From: Nemertoderma westbladi | Taxonomy: Eukaryota > Animalia > Xenacoelomorpha | Direction of reading: 5' to 3' | Assembly (NCBI GenBank): GCA_032718475.1 | Contig: JAUCBJ010006012.1 | Span: 1-43,746 of the forward strand | Length of the DNA: 43,746 nucleotides | Part shown: piece by piece, positions 34,520-43,746 of the stretch | Position numbering within the stretch: position 1 is the first letter of the stretch | How the letters are laid out: the number at the start of each line of letters is the position of its first letter | Notes under the pieces: model-generated | The model's database searches: none | Seen by the model: only the letters and a program-made list of their open reading frames with translations | Told to the model about the DNA's origin: nothing | Translations under genes and position numbers: made by a program

Positions 34520-36989
34520 AATAAAGCAATGATGCAATGTAAGCCCTGCCGTCTCGGGGTAGTTTATAATGACTAATAAACTTCTAAATCTCTCCTGAAT
34601 TCTAATAGTAACATATACTGAAAACTGACTACTCTTAACAGGGGTAGGGGGTTAAAGGTGCCAGACAGGTAAGTATGGTGATAGCAAGCAGCCTTGGAAG
34701 TTGGAACTATCCAATATCTATCTGAGGCACCAATTAACTGCAGTAAGCCTATCAGGAATCTATAGACATCTACAAAATGATTGGACCAAAGGCGACCTTT
34801 ACTAACATTAGTAAAGGTCGCATTGGGTTGGACACTGACTCATCCCTCCACTACTACTACTACTACTGTACTATGGCTATCACCCATTGAAGTCTCTGTG
34901 CTGTCAATCACTTATTCCTTTAGAAGTTTATGTAGGTACTTTACTGGGATTGATACATATTAGATTGGTCGCTGGCTGAGGCTAGTCCAGATATAATATA
35001 TTAGGAAGGCACTCTGGCTGTGACTGGGCGGCAAATTGATTCAACTGGGCGGCACTTGTGCCGCCTAGTGGCAAAGTTAAACGAGGCTATGATAGAAAAT
35101 GTTTGGGACGGTATACTTTATATTTGTTACATGCTATTGATTCTGCAGCAAGAGAACTGCCACAAAGTGGTACCTAATTAGTGACTGCGTTGAGGGAGAG
35201 TCGGACCCTCAGAAAATAGCAAACAAGTTTGCTGATGTGTATAACATTCTATATAACCAAAACGAGGGTAATGTAAATGGGGTTGAATTTTCGGTAATTG
35301 AAAGTAAAATTGCAGAGAAAATGGACTTCGAGTCTAAAATTTATATTAGTAGAGATTAGGTGCAATAAGTCTGATGTTGAGTTTTCTTTTGATTCAGACT
35401 GATTAATACACGGTGGATCACATTTGGAAGATAATTTGTGTACATGTTTAATTCCTTTTTATTGCATGGTCTAATTTCAAGGTGTTTATTGTCAGTTGCC
35501 TTTGTTCCGCTTATTAAGGACAAGGCTGGTGACTATAGGATAACTATAGGGCTATTATGCCATATCATCATTATTATTAAAACTATTTGAGTGGGTTATG
35601 ATATTATCAGAGGGTCATAAATTAAAGTTAGATGACTTACAGTTTGGTTTCATGTCTAACTCAGTACTACTATGTGTACATGGACTGCTATAGTGAGGTG
35701 GTGAATTATTATATGCGGAATAATACTTCAATATAGTTGTCTGATCGATTTTACAAAGGCTTTTGATTTGGTTCAGTGGAAACAATTATTTTTAGAATTA
35801 ATTAAAAAGGGTTTCAATGTGCTTTTTTTACGTTGTCTATTTTTCATTTATCGGAACCAAGCCGGATTTGCACGTTGGAATAATTATAAGTCAGATGTTT
35901 TTTCTGTTTCGAATGGTGTAAGACAGGGCTCGATAATTTCTCCGACCCTGTTCTGTATTGTTATAAATATATTAATTTTGCGACTTAGGGATTCAAAGAT
36001 TGGTTGTCATATTGGTTTGCACTATTTTGGGTGTTTAGTATATGCAGATGATGTGCTTTTACTTTGTCCATCGGTTAAAGGTTTACAATTTATGGTGGAA
36101 ATTTGTTCAAATTTTTGTAAGGAAACTTAAGATTAGTAGGCCTATTAATTCTAATGTTATGAAATGTAAAACCAAGTGTATTCCATTTGGTTTTACCTGG
36201 GATCCTCCAGCTGCTCGGATCGTAGTAAATTGAATAGTTTTACCTTGGGTTGAACAAGCTAAACATCTTGGTGTCACCTTGTTTTTTAAAGGTGATTTCT
36301 CGAGGGACATACTACAAAAAAGAGGGACTTTTGGAAAATTATCTGGGCTGACGAATGAATTTCATTTTGCTTCACCTCTGCAATTGCTCCGACATACAGA
36401 GATCTCTTGCTATTAGTTTTTATAGCGAAATACTATGGGATCTCTGGTCACCCGAATGTAATAAGATTTACACGGTTGGAATTGTAACGTCAGAATTGTG
36501 TGCGGGCTACCCTTTAAATGCTCATCGTTACATAGTTGAAGGTATTGTTGATTTTCCTCACCCAAAAATCATGTTGCTTAAGCGGATTGTTATATTTGCG
36601 AAACGTCTTATTTGTTTTAATAAACTACCTATACGTTTTTTGGGTACACTATTTTTCAAGGATTCCCGTTGTTTATTGGGCCACAATTTGCGGTGCATTG
36701 CTAATGAATGTTGTTTATCTGACATTGAGATGCTTTCTCCGGCAGAAGTATCTAAATTACATTATGCTGTGCTTAACGAAGATGATATTTATAAGATTAG
36801 TCTCTGTCGCGAATTGATTTCGGTTATTTACGGTGAACAATTTGTTAGTGGTTTCACCAAGACTTATATTATTTCATTATTAAATTTTGTCCCATCTTCC
36901 TAATGTTACGCTTGTGCTTTACTGTAGTTAGTTCTCTCTTTTTTTGTGTGTTTTGTGCCACTACATTTAATTATATCTGTAATGTGCAT

Positions 36990-37020
<31 letters not shown>

Positions 37021-37230
37021 CCTCTTTACATCATAAGATAATCATACATTAACAAATTCTTCCCGAATAATGGTGTATTATTATTAAATATAATAAAATA
37101 GCCACGCGCAGATGCAAAACCATGCAACATTTGAACGCGCATATCTCCGCTATTTTTACGACGAAATTCAGATTGTGTTACATATTTGGAATCCTGGCAT
37201 TGTCAGCTTTCCAACAGTAGTATACCAAAC

Positions 37231-37797
37231 CCAGATAAGGGGTGGAAAACTGGACGCAATAAAAATTCATCCCACTCCAGGGGAAATTCGACGCAAATAA
37301 CAGCTAATTATTCTCAAAAATAAAACTGTAACCTGTTCTATTGTGCTTAGTTTATTGTTTTGGTTAAAATAACGTCCCACTGTAACCTGCTCCTTTCCCT
37401 AAATTGAGAATTTAACATTGAGGCGGGATATTAATTCGCCAAGGCGGGTTTTGCGTCCAGTTGCCCCCCCCCCCCCCCCCCCCCCCCCCTGTCTCACCAA
37501 ACCAACAAAACTATATAAGGTTGAACAACTGGGGTGCAGATAGGGGGGAAACTGGACGCCATAAAAATTCATCCCACTCCAGGGGAAATTCGACACAAAT
37601 AACAGCTGATAACTCTCAATAATAAAACTGTAACCTGTTCTATTGTGTTTAGTTTATTGTTTTGGTTAAAATAACGTGCTACTGTAACCTGCTCCTTTCC
37701 CTAAATTGAGAATTTAACATTGAGGCGAGATATTAATTCGCCAAGGCGGGTTTTGCGTCGAGTTTCCCCCCCCCCCCCCCCCCCCCCCCTTGTCTCC
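37231..37797. mobile_element. Two tandem copies (about 265 bp each) of a MITE-like element with inverted ends and poly-C tracts
   Basis: Copies at about 37231-37496 and 37537-37797; each starts AGGGG..AAACTGGACGC and ends GCGTC(C/G)AGTT.CCCC...TGTCTC. A diverged relative lies at about 41280-41476. Confidence 0.75.
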
Positions 37798-38186
37798 TGG
37801 GGTATGGTATGTACACTAACATACTAACACTACCGGTACGCTGTATCTGACTACTACAGTACTATAGGCCTTCCGGTACCTGACTATTTATGATTTCTAT
37901 TTCAACACTGCACACTGCACACTGCTGCTGCTGCACTAAAACTGTAAAACATATTGTACTACCGGTACAACGTTCGACTGTAAGTTTACAACTAACAAGT
38001 ACTATTCATTCATCCAGCACCGCAGTCCTCAACTCCTCACCCTCACAGCTGACAGCTGTGGACAGCCTCACCTCATCTCAGGCAGGATCAGATATACCGG
38101 TAATATTGCATATTGGTATCGTTCTCTAATTTTTATGTTGCCGACTTCGACGACTTATACAACGTTGTTGTTGTTGATTGATTGTT

Positions 38187-39146
38187 ATGGCTGATGTGGG
38201 AGGAGTTCAGCAGTACCTCGATCACATAACCCACCACTTCGAGACGCATAATAAAACCCGAGATATCCGTAACCACGACGCCAAGGTTCACTCGGTATCC
38301 TGGAGCTGCGACGGACGCCGACTCGCCTCGGGTTCCTTTGATAAATCCGTATGCGTGTTCGCCTTGGACAGAGACAGACTACTGCGCGAGAAGACCTTCC
38401 ACGGACACACCGGCAGTGTAGACCAGCTGGTCTGGCACCCCAGCCACTCAGACTCACTCGCAAGCGCTTCCGCTGATAAAACAGTTCGAATATTCGATAC
38501 TCGGACCCAAAAAAGTGTCCATTGTATCACTACAAAGGGAGAAAATATTAACATCAGCTGGAGTCCTGACGGTAATACAATCGCAGTTGGAAACAAAGAA
38601 GATCTAGTGTCTCTTATAGACGCGAGGAAAGCGGTAGTCCGATCGGATCAGCAGTTTAAGTACGAAGTTAATGAGATCGCGTTTAATAAGGAATGCGATC
38701 AGTTGTACCTAACTACCGGTTCCGGGACTATTAATGTTGTAAATATAGCGGAGAATAAGGTTGTTAATTCGTTGAAGGGTCACACTGCCTCCTGTATCTG
38801 TATAGACTTTGATCCCAGTGGTTCTTACTTTGCCGTCGGCTCAGCAGACGCCCTTGTGTCCATCTGGGACGTGTCCGAACTGGCTTGCATCCGGATGCTC
38901 TCCAGACTGGACTGGCCTATCCGGACTCTCAGTTTCAGCTACGACGGGCAGCTGCTCGCCAGCGGTTCAGAGGATCTTGTCATTGATGTCGCCTTGGTTA
39001 ACACTGGGGATAAAGTAGCCGAGGTGCCGTGCGAGAGTCCTACGTTGACCGTTGCCTGGCACCCGAAGAAACTCTTGCTCGCTTATGCGTGCGATGATAA
39101 AGACAGAGATACAGGTACCATAAAACTATTCGGCTTCGAAAACTGA
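38187..39146 (+). CDS. THOC3: THO complex subunit 3 (Tex1), WD40 protein of the TREX complex, 319 aa, intronless
   Basis: HDAKVHSVSWSCDGRRLASGSFDKS, GHTGSVDQLVWHP, TKGENINISWSPDG..IAVGNKED, FKYEVNEI, CICIDFDP.G.YFAVGSADALVS.WD, RLDWPIRTLSFSYDG.LLASGSEDL.ID, VAWHPK..LLAYACDDKD, GTIKLFG. First ATG is at 38187 (the ORF track starts at an upstream TTG). Confidence 0.97.
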   Translation: MADVGGVQQYLDHITHHFETHNKTRDIRNHDAKVHSVSWSCDGRRLASGSFDKSVCVFALDRDRLLREKTFHGHTGSVDQLVWHPSHSDSLASASADKTVRIFDTRTQKSVHCITTKGENINISWSPDGNTIAVGNKEDLVSLIDARKAVVRSDQQFKYEVNEIAFNKECDQLYLTTGSGTINVVNIAENKVVNSLKGHTASCICIDFDPSGSYFAVGSADALVSIWDVSELACIRMLSRLDWPIRTLSFSYDGQLLASGSEDLVIDVALVNTGDKVAEVPCESPTLTVAWHPKKLLLAYACDDKDRDTGTIKLFGFEN

Positions 39147-39269
39147 CGCGCTAATTATTGGACAGTCATTATTATTTTAGTTTGCTATTACAAACTGAAT
39201 CTACGATAGTAAGTAATACGTATCACGTGCAATACTTTACTTATAAAACTATAATGCGGTGTTTAGTTT

Positions 39270-39275
39270 AATAAA
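39270..39275 (+). terminator. Candidate polyadenylation signal for THOC3
   Basis: AATAAA about 125 nt after the stop codon, followed by T-rich sequence. Confidence 0.45.
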
Positions 39276-39892
39276 ACGAAAACTTCATTTATTTGGATAT
39301 ATTTTATGTCGATATTTCATTCATGGGTTTCGTAGCACGCTATTCCTAATCAATATTTCGAACGTTCAGCGCATATGAGTATGTTTCACCTTTAAATTGT
39401 GTTATGACGTTATCTTTTTATTTTATCAATATTACACCTCGAGCGATATAATGAATAAAGTTCAGTATGTTATGATAGATCTACCATAATGTGTGAATCT
39501 ATCTATGCCTACCATTTTTCCCAATATTTCTCCAACCAAACACTGTCGCATATTATTATTAAGAAGCAAAGACTAATCGATAGCGTTTGATTCAATTTCG
39601 CATCATCTATAATGCAGCCGCGAAGTCACTAAGGCCATTCTGCTACATAATCGAACTTTAATATAATAAATATTCTAATTATACCATTTGCGAACAGGTT
39701 TTTGATATTATTTTGAATTCCTAACGTCAACATCACTTAAAACCATTAGTTAATGTTGACAGTGAGTTAGTTACGATGTAATCTGGCTTTATCTAGAGCT
39801 ATAATGTCCGCCCATCTCCATTACTTTTATTGCGTCCAATGGTTACGACGAAAGGGTGTCTGGCTTCCTGGCAACCAACCATATTTATATTC

Positions 39893-40125
39893 TATAAATG
39901 CCAAAATAAATTGTTTTTGACTGGGCTGATTAAACTATTTACATAATTGTGCGAAAATTAGCACTTTTCAGTGTTATGACCCGAGTGTTTTGATGTACCG
40001 AGCGAGTGCAGCGAGGGAGGTTTACATAAATATACAAGGGTCCTAAACGCTGCGTAGTGCCCTTTTCACACAAATGTAGATAGTTAAATTAGCCCAGTCA
40101 AAACTTCTTGATTTTGGCATTAATA
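39893..40125. mobile_element. About 230-bp foldback (hairpin) MITE
   Basis: ATGCCAAAAT...TTTTGACTGGGCTGATTAAACTATTTACA pairs with TGTAGATAGTTAAATTAGCCCAGTCAAAA...ATTTTGGCAT; central ACCGAGCGAGTGCAGCGAGG. Confidence 0.8.
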
Positions 40126-42411
40126 TTTAATAAAAAAAAATGGCCGATATTTAATAAAAGAAAAGAAACAAACCACGGTGATATTTAAAAAAATAAAATT
40201 TAGAGCGTAGAAATATGGCCATCAGGCAGCACACGAAAACATGAAGTCAAATCGATATACCGTTTTCTTAACACCAATAAAATAATGTGATTACTTTTTC
40301 TGTGTACATAATTATTTTATATATATATTGGTATAAATTCCTTTCTAGAGTTCCAGTTATAAAAAAAAACATCTGTAAAATACCGATGGTTACAAATGAA
40401 TTAATAAAATAATACGCAGATACGTACTTACACCTAAGCACAGCGCGAAGTAACCATTTGATAGGAATGGGCGAGGCATTCATTCAGTTTAGCCGATGAG
40501 GTTTTATCCGCTTAAAATCGCCCACATTTATCTCAGGCGACTGGCAGAGACTACAGAGAAATTTGCGATTGGACTTATTACTTTTTCCTCGGGTAACTGA
40601 TAATGCGCTTGGGGCGGTGTCTCATTAATCAATCGTGGTCGCGGACTAATATTATAAGCGGCAGGGTTCCAAGATTAGGGATCCAACGCTGCCCACAGTG
40701 ACAGCCGAGATTAATCGAAACACAAATATATAATGAATTGGAGTCCAGGATTCTGTGGCGATCACCTTGAAACAGTTTGATATTCGAGACGCGACTTGTC
40801 TCTCGCAGTACTTCCATTGTTCTTCTGCTGCAATATAAATTTTATTTGAGTGCTGTCGTGGTGTGTATAATAAATAAGAAGGCCTATTTGAGTCATTTGT
40901 CGTTCTTTGACAAGAATGGTAGAGTGATAGATAACAATTCGCATTGAATTTAGGTGCTCTGTAGTTTGGTGGTTGGGTCATCCAACTTGGGTGAGGGGGT
41001 GGGTGGCTAGTCAGATGGAACACACTTACAATTACACGCCGGATACGTTATATCCTTGACTTGTTCCTTTCCGCCTTGTAGCAAGAATACGTTGTTGGGA
41101 TTTTGCGCAGACGAAATAATCGTATCCGACAGTTTTCTTTATGTCTTTATCGAGTGCAAAAACTAAGGTAAAATTTTGTCATGATTTGAGAAGCCCCCTC
41201 TGAGAAAAATTAGTTGTAAAACAGTTTGAATTTTGTAAAACTCGTCAGTTCTTTAAATCTAATTAAGGTGGTATTCATGGAGATAAATAAGGGCCCCAAA
41301 AGCGCAAATAGTGGGAAAATAGTTTAATGTTTTGGTTAGGTTAAGAACACATCACTGTAACCTGGTACTACCCAATAATAGAAACAGGAGGGAAATACAC
41401 TAAAAGACGTATTTTTAAATACGTTTTTGTGACGAGGTACCAACCCCCCCCCCCCCCCCCCCCCCCCCCCTTACTCGTAAAGGTATAGTGACTTCTTTGT
41501 TTTCAGAAACAAGCATTATCCCGGTTAAAATAAACTTCTAACTACACAAAACCAACCACCCCCTTCCAATAGATGGATGGACCTTGACCTTACTTTACTT
41601 TTCGTCGCGGACGGGAAGCCAATTAATTGAAGCGACCAGGGATATAATGTTTGTATGTTATAAAATTACTTAGCCTGACAATAGAGTGACAGTCACTGAC
41701 TCACTGCTGAGCTATTTATTGCTGGAGAGTAATCTGAAGCTGTGCATTAGTGGTGGAATGTGATTGCAGCAAAACATGTCGTTACATTTACCGTACTATG
41801 TATTTCACTGTGTTCGTTTTGTGTGTCTGTCTGTAGGCAACTTGGTATACTTGATCGTCAAATATAGCAACAATATTAATAGCCCGAACACAATGCGGAC
41901 GTTGCTATGTCGTGGAATAAGTTCAGAGATTGCTCCAGCTAACCAAACCAGGGATATTTGCAAAGCTTTTTATTAATACCAACGGGGACAACTGCTCCAA
42001 GAATGTATTGGCTTATTACGTTGCTTTTAATTCATCTCAGCTTCGGAAAACAGCACCGGGTCATTGGTGAGTTTTATACCATATTCATATTTATTATGCC
42101 ACAATGAAATTATTTGAGTTTATGCGCGGGAGGATTAACTTATGGGTCGAGCATGGCGATGTTTGAGTCGATTATAAAATATAATAATTTTATTTCGTAA
42201 ATTTTATTGAATAACCGTCCATTTAATAGTTTATCATAAAATAAAATATATGTTGAAGACAGTAGTTAATTGAAGTGAACTAGACAAATTATTATGAGAA
42301 GTTAAAAAATATATATTGGAAATTATTGCTATTGCGCCTCTACCTATAACTAATCTAAATTTCATGGAGGTTACTATATTGCATATTAATTCACATCAGT
42401 TCGGGTTGTAA

Positions 42412-43323
42412 TTATCTATTTAATGCGTTTAGATGCGCTTTATACATGGAAGCAATTGCTTTGGTGCCAGAAGACATCGTCTTCCAGTAAGGGCCGACAG
42501 TTGATTCGGATAAATTACAGAAATTATCTTTCTTAACGAACACGATATTCTGAGACTCAAACGCTTCCGGACCGCCTGATTGGAAACGGCAACGAATCTC
42601 GTCGGACGTGAGACCACATTCGGTGGCGAAGTCAAAGGAAGGTCTGCCTCCCAGCACAGCGTTCCTACTGACACCTAATAGAAGGGCAGGTTTTAAAGTT
42701 TCCATGGGGACATTGACCTCGTCTCTGGCTTCCCTCATCACTGACTCAAATAGTTCCTCTACGAATATCGATGACTTTAGTTTCTCTGAAGATCCTTGCG
42801 ATGTGAATGCTTTACTCAGTTTATCTTCCATTTCATCCGGTTCCATATGTCCCCCCGGAACAGAAATCATTCCTGGTTCCTCTCCCACTTTCTCGCTCCT
42901 TTCTAAAAGGACAACATCATCGTCTCTAGTTACTATGGCAATGCTTACGCCTATAGCGTCCGATATATACGCCTGGGGATCGGAATAATCGTTGCTCCCA
43001 CGTTCCCGCAACATTGCGCTCACAGACGAAATATTCGTACCCTGGAATGTTTTATAATCGGTATAACCCGCTTTAATGTGCAGCTTATTAGTAGTCTGAT
43101 CGTAGACAAAGTCAAATAGTCGGAATTTACTTCCGTTATATAAGGTTGGGAGCACCGCAATACGTTTCGACCATTCCTCATTGATCAACGTATGCAGTTC
43201 AGGGTAATATTTCATGTTGTAACAAGAGTTCAGATCAGCTGACACATCTGACGGTTTAAGAGGTTTTTCGAAAGCGAAATAATTCATAGCGTCATCCAAA
43301 CATTGTAATTCCCTCTGCGCCAT
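42412..43323 (-). CDS. NUDT22: Nudix hydrolase NUDT22 (UDP-glucose/UDP-galactose diphosphatase family), 303 aa, intronless CDS
   Basis: W..R....PTLYNGSKFRL, GYTDYKTFQGTN, D..AYISDAIGV....VTRDD.VVLL.RS.KVGE.PG...VPGGHMEP, ELFESVMREARDEVNVP...L....LLGV.RN...GGRPS..F...C.LTS.EI, EAFES: the NUDT22-type Nudix box with insertion. Confidence 0.93.
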   Translation of the reverse strand: MAQRELQCLDDAMNYFAFEKPLKPSDVSADLNSCYNMKYYPELHTLINEEWSKRIAVLPTLYNGSKFRLFDFVYDQTTNKLHIKAGYTDYKTFQGTNISSVSAMLRERGSNDYSDPQAYISDAIGVSIAIVTRDDDVVLLERSEKVGEEPGMISVPGGHMEPDEMEDKLSKAFTSQGSSEKLKSSIFVEELFESVMREARDEVNVPMETLKPALLLGVSRNAVLGGRPSFDFATECGLTSDEIRCRFQSGGPEAFESQNIVFVKKDNFCNLSESTVGPYWKTMSSGTKAIASMYKAHLNALNR

Positions 43324-43746
43324 TTTCTCAACTTAGTTACCCCAGTGAAACTGCAATATGTAGGGCCTGTTGTATCGGAATCTAAGACGCAGCACTTTAA
43401 GGATTCAGTAAAGGTTTAATTAGATTGAGTCAACGTTGATGAGTTTAACCCACATGCATGTTTAACACACACAATTTTCTTAGAACCTAATTACTAATTA
43501 TTTACATGCAATATGTGCAATAGGCTTATAAAATATCTGGTTTTGCTTAGCCTATAATGAAGTAATCTGGTAACATGAACCGAATTACCCGGTCATATTG
43601 AATGCAGTGCGACAGTACAGTTCCGTACCGGTACTACGGCACAGTTTCATACAAGACAACCCTCACTATACAGTACCGTAGTACCGGTATCACTACTGGC
43701 CATGAAGCCGAGGCCTCTAACTGATAATGAGAAGTAGGACTACCCA

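Larger units (their letters stand above)
31232..35091. mobile_element. Non-autonomous hAT-like DNA transposon inserted in the LINE
   Basis: TIRs CATAGTCTCTTTTAA and TTAAACGAGGCTATG (13/15); perfect 8-bp TSD ATAGAAAA (31224-31231, 35092-35099); subterminal ACTGGGCGGCA motifs at both ends. LINE coding sequence resumes across the excised site. Confidence 0.88.
30430..37020 (+). mobile_element. Decayed APE-type non-LTR retrotransposon (tentatively RTE-X-like), split by a 3.86-kb hAT-like insertion, with a (TAA)n tail
   Basis: EN: VGRPIGGLCIL, NSYFPTD, SGDLNTD, STIDHFIV, NLSGHSPI (30430-31050). RT: DFTKAFDLV, NGVRQGSIISPTLF, GCHIGLHYFGCLVYADDVLLLCPSVKGLQ, KHLG (35500-36300). (TAA)n tail at about 36992-37020. 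Many stops and frameshifts. Confidence 0.88.

Noticed and set aside
40560-42170. Moderately GC-rich stretches with short ORFs and splice-like signals between THOC3 and NUDT22
   Set aside because: No identifiable domain or consistent exon chain; would need RNA-seq or a homology search.

Overview
AT-rich, repeat-dense eukaryotic DNA, almost certainly from an invertebrate animal; there are no prokaryotic features. It holds three host genes, each with an uninterrupted (intronless) CDS: a divergent Patched (4839-8963, +), THOC3/Tex1 (38187-39146, +) and NUDT22 (42412-43323, -). The rest is transposon relics and tandem arrays. These include a foldback-type element carrying a 63-bp satellite, a Nin/Deu-domain SINE, a CR1-group LINE EN-RT fragment sitting between two blocks of a hairpin-forming ~67-bp satellite, a Kolobok-like MITE, clustered RTE-type LINE relics, a 3.2-kb 35-bp satellite, and a nested stack (LINE > hAT-like element > Sola2-like element > 39-bp satellite) whose target-site duplications can still be read. 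Most notable points: (1) the Patched has lost the TM4 GxxxDD acidic motif (it reads AxxxNP) that PTCH1 needs for transport and Smoothened repression; (2) all three normally multi-exon genes are intronless although the genome is not compact; (3) two satellites lie inside DNA transposons and contain those elements' own repeated motifs; (4) there is a minimal Penelope-type hammerhead ribozyme motif, and a TACCGGTA palindrome clusters upstream of both housekeeping genes. All family assignments come from motif recognition by eye; no searches were run.
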